Shown one piece after another: positions 28,752 to 39,309 of a stretch of DNA of 64,000 bases. The first letter of the stretch is position 1. Each line of letters starts with the position of its first letter. The stretch is taken from NCBI GenBank assembly GCA_965263035.1, contig OZ253580.1, forward strand, positions 4,416,001-4,480,000, in the 5' to 3' direction. The position numbers and the translations under genes were made by a program. This DNA comes from Acidobacteriota bacterium (lineage in GTDB: Bacteria; Acidobacteriota; UBA6911; RPQK01; JAJDTT01). The notes under the pieces were generated by a model. The model made no database searches. It was not told the DNA's origin and saw only the letters and a program-made list of their open reading frames with translations.

Positions 28752-29870
28752 TCATTCTTCGGCGACTGCCAGTTCCAGGTCACGGGCAGCCTGGCTCAAT
28801 GCCCTCACCATTCCGGTCGCCGTGTCCACTCCCCAGACGAAGTGGACCGGGTTCCCGCCAAACTGTTCGGCGATCAGATCCACCAGGAGCACCGAGCCCC
28901 TCCGGCCGGCGATGCTCCATTCCGTGAAACGCAGGCTGGGAACCTGTCCTTCCACCAGCCGTTGCGCTGCCTTCGACCCCGAGACCAGATCCCGGTATGC
29001 CTTCTCGGCCTCTTCCAGCTGCCGCTTTTCCTCCGCTGCCTCCTCGGAGGTCTTCGGCTCGGGCGCGCGGGGTGCGGCTGCAGCAGCGGGCTTGCCGCCG
29101 TCGGGCTCGCGGACCAGGACCGGCCGGCCGTCGGGCGGGGGTGGCCGTGCGGGCTTGGGCTTTTCCGGTTTGGGCTGAGAAGCCACGGCGGCTTCGGGAG
29201 GAGCGGGAGCCGGTGCTTTGGGAGGCGGATCGATCTCCCGTTGGGGCGGGGGAGTGGAGACTGCCGGGGTCTTGGAGGCAGCGGATTCGACCTCCTTGAC
29301 GGGACCGGAGCCGGCGGACGTTTCGGCACCGGATTCGACGGGGGGCCCGGCAGGCTCGGGAGGGGTCGGCGGCACCGGTGCGGGAACCGTGAGACTGGTC
29401 GGATCCGGCTCTTGTGGAGAGTCCCCGCCGCCGATCAACAACAGGATCAGAACCACAGACAGAGCCACCACCGCTCCGGCCAGAATGGGCCCCATGGGCA
29501 GGCGACGTCTCTTCTCGGGTTTCCGGTCTCGAAAGACCTCGTCGAAGAGGGAAGCGGAGCCGCTCACCGGTTGAACCGGCACGTCCATGGAAGGACCCGG
29601 TTCGGACGCCACGGCCGGGGTGGAAGACAGGTCGGGAGAAGCCTCCCGTTCAGTCGCGCCCTCTCCCTGCCCGGGATGTTGCATCAAGACTTGGTAGGCG
29701 CCGTGAATCTCCCGGATCTTGACGGCGGCCCTGGACCGGAGTCGCGGGTGCGATTTCAAGCGGTCCGGGTCCCAGAGCACCAGCAGGTCGTCCCGGGCCT
29801 CCACGATCTCCTTGATGCTGGCCCCCGGCTTCAGGTCCAGGGTGCGATAGGAGTTCTCAATCTCGTTCAT
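28752..29870 (-). CDS. J-domain-like membrane protein with Pro-rich linker
   Basis: N-terminal YRTLDL.PGAS..EI...R..L...WDPD J-domain pattern, one TM helix, long Pro/Ala-rich region. Confidence 0.75.
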   Translation of the reverse strand: MNEIENSYRTLDLKPGASIKEIVEARDDLLVLWDPDRLKSHPRLRSRAAVKIREIHGAYQVLMQHPGQGEGATEREASPDLSSTPAVASEPGPSMDVPVQPVSGSASLFDEVFRDRKPEKRRRLPMGPILAGAVVALSVVLILLLIGGGDSPQEPDPTSLTVPAPVPPTPPEPAGPPVESGAETSAGSGPVKEVESAASKTPAVSTPPPQREIDPPPKAPAPAPPEAAVASQPKPEKPKPARPPPPDGRPVLVREPDGGKPAAAAAPRAPEPKTSEEAAEEKRQLEEAEKAYRDLVSGSKAAQRLVEGQVPSLRFTEWSIAGRRGSVLLVDLIAEQFGGNPVHFVWGVDTATGMVRALSQAARDLELAVAEE

Positions 29871-29898
29871 GCGATGGTCTTGGACAGGTTCTCGTTGC

Positions 29899-31326
29899 TC
29901 AGAAACGCCATACGGGCCGGCTCTCTCCTCCGGTCAGAACCTCCTCCAGGTAAGCGCCTGTATGGGGAGACGGGGCCTCTCCTCGAAGGACCTCGCCCAG
30001 ATCGCAGATCCGCATGCCGATGACGTCATGCCACTGCCCGTCGGCCAGGCGCACGGTATGGGCGGAAGGGTGGTCCACTCCCCAGGTGAAGCCCGACGGA
30101 GCCGGCCCGAAATCGCCGGCGCAATGGCGCACCAGGAGAGGCGTCTCCAGCCCCCGCCGTTCCTGGTCCAGCGGCCAGAACGCCAAGCGCTCCCGGAGCC
30201 ATCCGCCCAGCCGCGTGTTCCCCTGCTCGTCTCGGGGGTAACGGTGCCCGGGAACCATCGGTTCCTCCAGGACGCTGTACAGGTTGGAGGCCACATAGGG
30301 ATCGCCGCTGCGGCTCGTGTTGATGGCGATGGGAGCCGTGGAGACGACTCCACGGACGTGGATGACCTTCTTCCACGGGGCGTCCGCACCGGTCGATTGC
30401 CAGACCCGGACGTCGTTGTAGTCGGGCGCACGGCCGCCCCGGGCGCAGAAGAGGAGCTTGTCGTCCCGGTCCCGGACCACGCTGGGCTCGAAGGCGTTGT
30501 CCGGCCCCGTGATGGGCGTCCAGGAGACGGGGCGCCAACCCTCCTGGCCGCGCCGCCAGCGGGTCAGTCCCGAACCGCGGGCCTGTTCGATCTGGCCGCC
30601 CATGGCGAAGAGCAGATCCTCGCCGTCGGGAATGGCCGTGGTGATACCGGGGTTGGAGAGCACCGCGCCGTCCAGGAGCCGGCCGAACCTCAGCCGCGCG
30701 GTTGCCGTGACCTCAAATCTCCGGCCGTCGTAGGCCAGTTGGTAGACCTCCATGTAGTCTTCGCGCTGGTCTTCGGGGTAGACCCCCTTGCGGTCCGGTG
30801 TCCAGGCGATGACCTGGCTGCATCCGAATCCGGTTCCGGCGTGAGGGTGGGGCGAGCCGTCCTCAAGCAATGCGCCCATGGGGACGAAGCCGCCCCGTAC
30901 CGGATACTTGACCATGATGGCCGGCCGTCCCGGGGGATCGGAGTGGGGGTTCGTCTCCTCATGATTGCGGGAGATGGGGATGGCTTCCCGCTCCTGGAGG
31001 CCGGAGAGGTTCCGGAAGAGGAAGACGTCGGTCCCGATTTCGAAATCGTGCCCCGACTGCCCCCGAAGGTTGCAGAAGATGGCCGCGGTGTCGGAGGAGA
31101 CCTGAAAGGGGAACGTCAGGCCGTATCGCCAGATCTCGTCCGCGGGTTGATCGGGAGGGATGGCCACGTCGGGAGGGCCCGTGGTCATGGAGAGCGTCCC
31201 CGCGCCGGAAGGGGCCGGCGAAGGCGGTGACTCCGGCAGGCAACCCCATGAAGAGGCCCATCCGGAACCGGCCAGACTGAACCCCATGGCCTTCGCGAAG
31301 CTGCGTCTCGTCAGTGGATGGGACAT
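29899..31326 (-). CDS. Tat-exported BNR/sialidase-fold protein, paralog of 31425-32924
   Basis: AAGGAGG upstream of ATG 31326; TRRSF Tat motif; shares WRYGL.FPFQV, VKYP.RGGF.P.GA..DGSPHPHAGTGFG, EPS and DHPS with its neighbour. Confidence 0.75.
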   Translation of the reverse strand: MSHPLTRRSFAKAMGFSLAGSGWASSWGCLPESPPSPAPSGAGTLSMTTGPPDVAIPPDQPADEIWRYGLTFPFQVSSDTAAIFCNLRGQSGHDFEIGTDVFLFRNLSGLQEREAIPISRNHEETNPHSDPPGRPAIMVKYPVRGGFVPMGALLEDGSPHPHAGTGFGCSQVIAWTPDRKGVYPEDQREDYMEVYQLAYDGRRFEVTATARLRFGRLLDGAVLSNPGITTAIPDGEDLLFAMGGQIEQARGSGLTRWRRGQEGWRPVSWTPITGPDNAFEPSVVRDRDDKLLFCARGGRAPDYNDVRVWQSTGADAPWKKVIHVRGVVSTAPIAINTSRSGDPYVASNLYSVLEEPMVPGHRYPRDEQGNTRLGGWLRERLAFWPLDQERRGLETPLLVRHCAGDFGPAPSGFTWGVDHPSAHTVRLADGQWHDVIGMRICDLGEVLRGEAPSPHTGAYLEEVLTGGESRPVWRF

Positions 31327-31424
31327 GTCATCCTCCTTGGGTCGCCTCGGTATCCCACGGCCGCCGAATTCCCCGGAACCGAACGGAGGATCGCTCCCGG
31401 AATCCGGACACACGGCCGCGTGGT

Positions 31425-32924
31425 TCAGAATTTCCAGGTGGGAATCGGTTCTCCTGCCGAAATGACCTCTTCCAGATACGCCCCGGTCTGGGGCGGAGAC
31501 GGCAGTTCGTGGCTCTCCACGTCGTCATGGATCCGGTAACCCATGACGTTGTGCCAGTTGCCGTCGGCCAGTTGAACCGTGGTGGACGAGGGGTGGTCCG
31601 CTCGCCACATGGAGCCACTCGGAGCCGGACCGAATTCGGCCTTGCAGTGGCGGCCCAGGATCGGCGCCTCCAAGCCGGCCCGGTCGTCGCTCAAGGGCCA
31701 GAGGTACAGCTTCTGCCGGGTCCATCCGCCTCCCCGGACCCGGCCTTCCACGTCGGCCGGTATCCGGAACCGCTTGGGTATGGGGTCCAGAGGCACCAGG
31801 TACATGTTGGAGGCGATGTAGGGAGTCCCGTCCGCCGCCTGGTTCAGGGTGATGGGGCAGCTTGAGATGACTCCCACCACGTGGATGATCTTTTTCCAGG
31901 TCTCCCCGCCGTCCCGGGAGCGCCAGACGCGAATGGCGTGGGGACGGGTGCCGCCCTTGCCCCGGGCCGAAAAGAGAAGGTCGCCGTTGGTGTCGCGGAT
32001 CAGGCTGGGCTCGGTGGACTCGTCCGTGCCGGTCACCGGGACGAAGGAGACGGGCCGCCAGAGCCCGTTGGTCCTTTGCCAGCGCAGGACGCCGGATCCG
32101 CGGGGACCCAGCGGTTCCGGGCTGCCCGTACCGTCCACCTTGGAGGCGTGCATCCCGACCAGCAGGTCCTCACCGTCGGCGATGGCGTTGGTGAGGCCGC
32201 CGTTGCTGATGTTCCAGCCGGACACGAGCTCGGATGGGGAGACTCGCTCTTCACCGGTCACCCGGAATTGGTCGCCGTCGTAGCTGAACTGGAAGACCTC
32301 CATGATCTGGTAACGCTCGGCATCCTCGTACATGCCTCCCCCATGGGCGCTCTTGGGGTCGCCCGGCCGCCGAGCCAAACCGGTGTCGATCCCGAACCCG
32401 GTTCCGGCGTGGGGGTGGGGCGAACCGTCCGGGTTCTTTGCCCCCAGGGGGATGAATCCGCCCCGCATGGGGTACTTGACCATGATGGCGGTCTGGTGGG
32501 GCGGATTGGAGTTGGGATTGGCCTCCTCGTGGTTTCGGGTCACGGGTACGGCAGGCGCTGAAGGAGGGAGATTGATGTCGTCGAAAAGGACCACGTCGTT
32601 GCCCACCTCGTAGTCGTCGCCGCTACGGGCCGGCGCCATGACGCCGTTGCGGATCCGGATGTTGACGAAGGCGGCGGCCATGCGAGGAGCCACCTGGAAG
32701 GGAAAGATGAGGCCATAGCGCCAGCTCTTGCCCGGCGGAACGTCGGCGGGGGTGGTCAGATCCGCTTCCCCGCGAGTCACGCTCAGGATCCCGTGGCTCG
32801 GGCCGCTGGATGACGGGAGGCTCTCCTCTCCGGGCGAGCAGCCGCCGATGGTTCCCAGCGAAGCGCCTCCCAGGAGCAGGGTCAATCTCTTCTGAAAATC
32901 TCGGCGGTGAATTCGAGAGTTCAT
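31425..32924 (-). CDS. Tat-exported BNR/sialidase-fold lipoprotein
   Basis: HRRDF Tat motif, IGGC lipobox-like, Asp-box SRDGGETW. Confidence 0.78.
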   Translation of the reverse strand: MNSRIHRRDFQKRLTLLLGGASLGTIGGCSPGEESLPSSSGPSHGILSVTRGEADLTTPADVPPGKSWRYGLIFPFQVAPRMAAAFVNIRIRNGVMAPARSGDDYEVGNDVVLFDDINLPPSAPAVPVTRNHEEANPNSNPPHQTAIMVKYPMRGGFIPLGAKNPDGSPHPHAGTGFGIDTGLARRPGDPKSAHGGGMYEDAERYQIMEVFQFSYDGDQFRVTGEERVSPSELVSGWNISNGGLTNAIADGEDLLVGMHASKVDGTGSPEPLGPRGSGVLRWQRTNGLWRPVSFVPVTGTDESTEPSLIRDTNGDLLFSARGKGGTRPHAIRVWRSRDGGETWKKIIHVVGVISSCPITLNQAADGTPYIASNMYLVPLDPIPKRFRIPADVEGRVRGGGWTRQKLYLWPLSDDRAGLEAPILGRHCKAEFGPAPSGSMWRADHPSSTTVQLADGNWHNVMGYRIHDDVESHELPSPPQTGAYLEEVISAGEPIPTWKF

Positions 32925-33116
32925 GGGGTTCCTCCGTCCCAGATCTTGGGTTTTGCCACCCAGTCTACTACGCTGCCGACACGCTCCGCCACGGTCCCCG
33001 ACAGGTCCTCGCGATGGGCCGGCGGCAGCTCGGCCGGAGCCGGCCGGTCACCGGAGTCGAGGATGGGATCGCGAACGACATGCTTGGTTGTTAAGCTAAA
33101 CCAAAGACAACAGAAA

Positions 33117-36100
33117 TTGAAAAAACGGCCCGAGGTCGGTCTACTCGTCGCAATCGTCTGCCTCGCCGCAATCAGTGCTCCCGTCGCCGCGCAGCAGCAG
33201 TTCGGCGGTCTCCGTGTCCTCGTCACCGACCAGACCGGTAGCGTCATCCCCGGCGCCGAAGTCGAGTTCGGCGGCAAGGTGTTGATCCGGCCGGTCTTTG
33301 GGGTCTCCGACGATCACGGATTGGTGATCAGGAACAGCCTTCCACCCGGAAACTACACGGTAACCGTCCGATTCCCGGGGTTCCAGACTGCAGTGAATGA
33401 AGAAGTCGTCGTCCAGGCGGGACGGATTTTTTCGGTTGAGATAGCTCTCAAGGTCGGTCAACTCGACAGTACGATCGTCGTCGAGGCAGGCCAAGCGGCG
33501 ATCGATACGTTCAAGAGCGAGTCCGCGGCGACGTATGCCGGGCAAGGGATAACGGACGCCCCCGGCGGTCGAGACTTCAGCGACTACGCGCGCTTTACGC
33601 CGAGCGTCAACATCGAAGCCCAGGCGGGCAACGTGACCTACAGGGGACAGAGTGTCCGTGGCATCTCCGTCGACGGGTCCTCCGGCGCGGAGAACGTCTT
33701 CTACATCGACGGTGTCGATACCACGAGCATGTACAACGGGTTGAACAACCAGAATCTACGGGTCGAAACGGTGCAGGAGTTCCAGTTGAAGACGGCCGGG
33801 TACGAGGCCGAATTCGGCGGCGCCATGGGGGGCGTGCTCAGCATCCGGACCAAGAGCGGATCGAACGACTTTCACGGCAGCGTTCTGTGGTACGGGAGTG
33901 GAAGCGCCTTGGCGGGTGCGCCGAGCAAGCGTCTGCGCCTGGACCCGGCCCAGTCCGCCGACGTGGCCGAATACGTGTTCGACGCCGAAGACGATGAGGC
34001 GATCAACGAATTCGGCTTCACCTTGGGGGGGCCGATCTGGCGCGACCGCATCTGGTTCTTCGGGGCGCTCCTGCCGCAAATCCGAAACCGGACGCGCTCC
34101 GTCACCTTCACATCCGGGGAAACGGGCGATTTCAGACGCCAGGACCGGTTGCGCAGCACGACCGCCAAGATCGACTTCCAGCCTGCGGATAAAGTGAGAT
34201 TCATGACCTCGTACGTTTCGGACCGGTCGCGATGGAAGGGTGGATTGCCCGATCGCGACGGTACCTCCAACCCGAATTACGAGTGGGCGGAAGAAGGGTT
34301 CGAACATCCCGGCTACACGGTGACGGGAGCCCTGACCGTCACCCCGTCTCCGGTTTCGATCGTGGACGCCCGTTGGGGATTGAACGCCATCCAGACCGAA
34401 CAACTGCTGGGGCCGAACCAGGTCCGTCACCGGTTCCTCCAAACGCCGGGAGTGATCGGATATTCGCCGGACGACCCCCTGTATCGGCCACGCGACTTCT
34501 CCTCGATCGGACACTCGGCAAGCTACAATACCTCCCAGGATTTCCAGAAAAAGAGCACCATATCAGTCCGTGGTGAAAGTCCCGCGAGCACCGAGACCGG
34601 TCCTGCGCCCGCCGGACAAGGCGCGATGAGGGAGCATACCGGGAGTATGAGACCGAGTCGCAACGCAGTCCGCGCACGATGCAGGGAAGGTCGAATGCCG
34701 TGACGACTTTTGCCACGGGCTGATATCTCTGAGTGGGAGTTATCTGGCCACCCTGGCAGGCCAGCAGCATGAGGTGCGCGTCGGCTGGCAGTTCAATGGG
34801 CTCGCCCACGACGTCAACGACGCCTACAAGTTCGACTACATCCTGTACAACTACACCCGCCCCTACAACACCGTGGACGGGAACGTCCGGACCAGCACCT
34901 GCACGGGTCCGGACGGCGTCCGTTACGATCCTTGCGGTTATTACGAGCTGCGCACGCCGTTCGGCGTCGTGGCGAACGTCGTTACGCACCGCCATGCCCT
35001 TTTCTTCCAGGATGCCTGGACCATCAACGGTTCGCTCACCCTGAACCTCGGACTTCGCTTCGAGCACGAAGAGATCCCCTCCTTCAGCGATCTTCCGGAG
35101 TTTTCCGGAACGGTCTTCAAGTGGGGCTTCCTGGACAAGGCCGCGCCTCGTCTGGGCTTTGCCTATGACCCACTCGGTAACGCGAAGGTCAAGCTCTTCG
35201 GTAGTTGGGCCCGGTTCTACGACGCCATGAAACTCGAGATGGCCAACGGATCGTTCGGCGGGTTCAAATGGTTGAGCCATTACTACCTGATGGACGACAC
35301 CACGCTCGATTGGACCCGAATCGGAGGGCTGTCGGGACAAGGGGAATATCCTGGAACTTTCGTCGAGACCAGGAACTGGCGACTCCCGTCATTCGAGGAC
35401 CTGGACCCCGATCTGAAACCCATGCGGATGACGGGAGTCGTGGCCGGGGTCGAGTACGAGGCCGCGACGGACTATGTGGTTTCGGTCCGGTACACGCGAA
35501 AGAATCTGGATGAGGCGATCGAGGACGTCGGCCGGCAGACACCGGCGGGTGAGGCCTACTACATCACCAACCCGGGGCGCGGCCTTTCCGTCGACCGTTT
35601 CCTGGAAGCGGGACTGCCGGTTACCCCCCATCCCAAGCGAACCTACAACGCGGCCGAATTCCGCTTACGGAAATCCATCCGAGACCATTGGTTCGCGGAT
35701 GTCGCGTATGTGTATTCCCGGCTTTACGGCCTCTATTCAGGCTTGGGAAGCTCCGACGAGAACGGACGCCTCAGTCCGAACGTCGACCGCGATTTCGATC
35801 TCTGGTTCCTCAACTACGACTCCGCCGGCAACCTGATCGATGGACCGCTGGGCACCGACAGAACGCACCAGCTCAAGGTCAATTGGATGGTCCTCACTCC
35901 GTGGGACATGGCTGTGAGCGGTTTCTTCCGCGCCATGAGCGGAACGCCCGTCACCCGGACCGTCGATCTGGAACACGTGGACGTCATGGTGAACAACCGC
36001 GGCAGCGACGGACGAAACCCGTTCTGGACTCAGACGGACCTCTCACTGGTCCAGCGCTTCTACCCTTTCCCGGATGAAACCAGATCGTTCGAGATCAACT

Positions 36101-36333
36101 TCAACGTCATCAACCTCTTCAACCAGAAGACGGGCTTGCGGACATTCCGAAGCCTGTACCGCCAGTCCCTTCCCTTGTGGCAACCCGGCGATCCCGTCTC
36201 GCAAGTCCTGAACGGCTACGACTATCGCGCCATAGCCGCCTCCCAGGGCGCGACCCAGGATCCTCGCTTCCTGCAGCCGGACCGGTTCCTGGATCCAGTT
36301 GCGGCACGCTTCGGAGTTCGTTTCGTCTTCTGA
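33117..36333 (+). pseudogene. Oar-like TonB-dependent receptor interrupted by a 159-bp element
   Basis: N-terminal part has a CarboxypepD_reg-like domain, plug ENVFYIDGVD and YEAEFGGAMGG. C-terminal part has FFQDAWTI...LNLGLRFE, APRLGFAYD and terminal RFGVRFVF. Removing 34560-34722 joins ...[28 protein letters not shown] in frame. Confidence 0.9.
34564..34722 (+). mobile_element. 159-bp palindromic MITE, family A (ERIC-like core)
   Basis: Terminal inverted repeats CAGTCCGTGGTGAAAGTC / GACTTTTGCCACGGGCTG; ATAT target duplication at 34560-34563 and 34723-34726; second copy inverted at 48363-48521. Confidence 0.92.
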
Positions 36334-36338
36334 CCTGG

Positions 36339-36497
36339 GAGCCTGCGCGGCAGAAATTGATCTACTGCGAAAGCGGTAGAATCGGTCCATATTTCCCCGA
36401 TTTCTCGGCGAATAGAACAACTATGCACCTCCAAATCGAGAAAATCTGGCCTCGATTCCCCTCTTTCTCGCTACGATCATTCTTACCGCGCAGACTC
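36339..36497 (+). mobile_element. 159-bp palindromic MITE, family B
   Basis: Ends GAGCCTGCGCGGCAGAAAT / ATTCTTACCGCGCAGACTC with CTAG-like flanks; near-identical copy at 43039-43197. Confidence 0.88.
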
Positions 36498-36563
36498 TTA
36501 GTGTGTCCTCCGGTGTGAAATGCGGGCTGGAATGAGCAATTTTGGACGGAGCATGAAGGTCGC

Positions 36564-36710
36564 ATGACTTGTCCGCGCTGCCGCACCAAGATGACGGTCG
36601 CCGCCCATCGGCCTCACAAGCAAGAGAAGTGGCGCTGCCCCAAGTGCGGCAAGGTGCGGATGAAACCGGCCAGCTACCGCCGATCCAAGTACGGCAAACG
36701 AGAGGCCTGA
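36564..36710 (+). CDS. 48-aa basic zinc-ribbon microprotein
   Basis: Below ORF-track cutoff. MTCPRCRTKMTVAAHRPHKQEKWRCPKCGKVRMKPASYRRSKYGKREA* has two CxxC motifs; GAAGGT upstream. Confidence 0.6.
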   Translation: MTCPRCRTKMTVAAHRPHKQEKWRCPKCGKVRMKPASYRRSKYGKREA

Positions 36711-36793
36711 GCGCCGGACGGCAGGCAAAAAAGCGGGTTCAGGCCCGTGGTCCATCGCGTCCGGCCGCCGAGGGCCTTGATCCGCTCCGCCCG

Positions 36794-38284
36794 CTATTTA
36801 ACTCCGGCGGCCAGCCACCGGATCGGTCGGGCGCAGATCAGGAACAGGGCCCCGGCCACGATCGAGGTGACGGCGACGCTGAAAAACAGCTCTTCAGCGG
36901 TCATGGTCTCGAGTCGGCCGGACATGAGCCCGGCGATGAGATTCCCCAGGGCGGCTCCCATGAACCAGGTTCCCATCATCTGCCCCACGAGACGCGTCGG
37001 CGAGAGCTTGGTGATGCTGCTCAACCCGACCGGGCTGAGGCAGAGTTCCCCCACGGTGTGAAAAAAGTAGGTCGTCACCAGCCACACGGGGCTCACCTTG
37101 CCCGCCGCGATGAATTGGGAGCCCCAGGCCATGACGAAAAAACCCGCTCCGAGCAGTACGAGCGCGAAGGCGAACTTGACTCCAAGCGACGGGTTCCTCG
37201 ACCCGAGACCGACCCACAGCATTCCCATCAAGGGCGCCAACAGGACGATGAACAGGGGATTGACCTGCTGCAGCCAACCGGCGGGAAACTCCCAGGAGAG
37301 GATCACCAGGTCGGTGTGTTCCTTGGCGAAGAGATTCATGCTGGATCCGGCCTGCTCGAAGCCGGACCAGAACAGCGCGGCTCCGATGAAGAGGACGAAG
37401 ATGAGGCCTACCCTCCGCCTCTCCAGGCTGTCTCTGCAGGCGAACAGGATGACGTAGCTGAAATAGAGGACGGCCAAGACCGAAATCGAAAGCGAGACGG
37501 TTCGGGCCACGGCCTCGACGGTGAGCGTCAGGAGCCCGGCCGAGGTCAGAGCGGCGAGAGCCAGTGCCGCGGCAGCCACCACTCCCAGACCCCTCAGGAA
37601 CTGGCCGCGAGACCGGGCCTGCGCCTGGAGACTGGACGCATCCCCCTTGAGTTCACCGGCCCCGTCCAGATGCCGCCGTCCCAGCACGTACTGCAGCACG
37701 GCGAAGGTCATGCCCACGCCGGCGGCGCCGAAACCCAGATGCCAATCCACCTTCTCGCCCAGGAACGAGCAGATCCCCGGCCCCAGGAAGGCTCCGACGT
37801 TGATTCCCATGTAGAAAATGGTGAAACCGGCGTCCCGCCGAGCGTCGTTTCCCGTATAGAGGTCTCCGACGATGGCGCTGACGTTGGGTTTCAACAGACC
37901 GGTGCCCAGGGCCACCAGGGCCAACCCCACGTAGAACGTGACCTCGGCCGGAATCGCCAGCGCATAGTGGCCGGCGGCGATGATGATGCCTCCCACCAGG
38001 ACGGCGCGGCGCTGGCCGATGAGCCGGTCCGCCACCCATCCTCCGGGGAGAGCCAGCGCGTAGACTCCGAAGGTATACAGACCGTAGATCGCGCCCGCCT
38101 CGGCCTTGCCCATGCCCATCCCTCCCCGGGCGCTGTCGATCATGAACAGGACCAGGAGGGCCCTCATTCCGTAGTAGCTGAAACGCTCCCACATCTCGGT
38201 GAAGAAGAGGGTCGAGAGCCCTCGGGGATGACCGAAAAAAGTCTGCGGCCGGCGATCGCCGCCGGGTGTCTGCGATGGGTCCAT
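36794..38284 (-). CDS. POT/PTR family proton-dependent oligopeptide MFS transporter
   Basis: GHPRGL...FFTEMWERFSYYGMR (ExxERF), GTGLLKPN, FYMGINVG, GELCLSPVG. Confidence 0.95.
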   Translation of the reverse strand: MDPSQTPGGDRRPQTFFGHPRGLSTLFFTEMWERFSYYGMRALLVLFMIDSARGGMGMGKAEAGAIYGLYTFGVYALALPGGWVADRLIGQRRAVLVGGIIIAAGHYALAIPAEVTFYVGLALVALGTGLLKPNVSAIVGDLYTGNDARRDAGFTIFYMGINVGAFLGPGICSFLGEKVDWHLGFGAAGVGMTFAVLQYVLGRRHLDGAGELKGDASSLQAQARSRGQFLRGLGVVAAAALALAALTSAGLLTLTVEAVARTVSLSISVLAVLYFSYVILFACRDSLERRRVGLIFVLFIGAALFWSGFEQAGSSMNLFAKEHTDLVILSWEFPAGWLQQVNPLFIVLLAPLMGMLWVGLGSRNPSLGVKFAFALVLLGAGFFVMAWGSQFIAAGKVSPVWLVTTYFFHTVGELCLSPVGLSSITKLSPTRLVGQMMGTWFMGAALGNLIAGLMSGRLETMTAEELFFSVAVTSIVAGALFLICARPIRWLAAGVK

Positions 38285-38312
38285 GGAGACCTCCATACTC
38301 ACGTCTGCGGGA

Positions 38313-39272
38313 TCAGCGAACGGCGATGGGATTTCCCGGGGATCCGGTGGCTCCCTTCAGGCGAAGCGGGGAGAAGACGAAGGCGAACTCGTAGACCTTG
38401 TCCCGCGCCAACTCCTCCAGCGTGAGATTTTCCAGGTTGTAGATCCCGTGGCGCACCAGCATCCACTGATGCACCTCGAAGGGCCGGTCCGGATTCTCGT
38501 GCGGGACCACCTCGATGGCCCAGTTGTCGGCTCCGGTCAGGACCGTTTTCCGGCTGCTGAGCCAGCGGGCCGCCTCCATGCCGATTCCCGGCTCACCCGA
38601 GTTGTACAGGTCGTTGTCCCGCATCCACAGCTTCTCGTGTCCGGTGCGGATCAGGACCGCGTCCCCTTCTCGGACTTCCACGCCCTGTTTCTTCAGAGCT
38701 CCCTGCAGGTCGTCTGCGGTGATGACGTATCCCGGCTGCAGTCGGTCCACGCCCTTGAATGAGGCCACGTCGATGAGGACCCCGCGGGTAAAGAAGACGC
38801 CCACGTTCTCTACGCCCAGCTTCGTGAGCCCGTAGGGAGTGGCGAACCGGGACCGCTTGAAACCGTTATAGAAGTAGTCGTCGTCGGCCAGTCGAACTCC
38901 GACATGGCCGAGTCCGTCGAACTGAGTTCCGACCTGACCGATCTCGCCGCTGAACATCTCGTCGAAACCCACGAGCCCGTTCGATCCGGTCGGGTCGCCC
39001 GAAGTGGGAGATCCTGGGATCGTGAGCTTGAAATGCCGCTTGCCCGCCAGCGGCATCCCTTCCTGGTAGACCTGACCCAGCGAGTAGATCTTGCCGGTGC
39101 GGATGAGCCGGCTGGCTTCCAGGACTTTGGCCGGGGTGATCCGGTTGGCGGCGCCGCGTTGATCCGCGGTGCCCCACTCGGAAGGCCACCAGCGGGAGCC
39201 GATGGGTGTCTCCTGGGGCCAGGCAACCGACTGCATGGACCAGCAGAGCGCTATGAACCCGATGAGCCTCAT
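38313..39272 (-). CDS. cyclase family (kynurenine formamidase-like) metal-dependent hydrolase, secreted
   Basis: WGTADQRGAAN, GTQFDGLGH, GDAVLIRTG, GADN, LENL, GATGSP. Confidence 0.88.
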   Translation of the reverse strand: MRLIGFIALCWSMQSVAWPQETPIGSRWWPSEWGTADQRGAANRITPAKVLEASRLIRTGKIYSLGQVYQEGMPLAGKRHFKLTIPGSPTSGDPTGSNGLVGFDEMFSGEIGQVGTQFDGLGHVGVRLADDDYFYNGFKRSRFATPYGLTKLGVENVGVFFTRGVLIDVASFKGVDRLQPGYVITADDLQGALKKQGVEVREGDAVLIRTGHEKLWMRDNDLYNSGEPGIGMEAARWLSSRKTVLTGADNWAIEVVPHENPDRPFEVHQWMLVRHGIYNLENLTLEELARDKVYEFAFVFSPLRLKGATGSPGNPIAVR

Positions 39273-39309
39273 GGTTTGTCTCTCCCTCGTGTCATGGCCG
39301 GCTTCCGAA

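Noticed and set aside
34561-34774. Stop-codon recoding or programmed frameshift in the TonB receptor
   Set aside because: Fully explained by the 159-bp element with a 4-bp target duplication.
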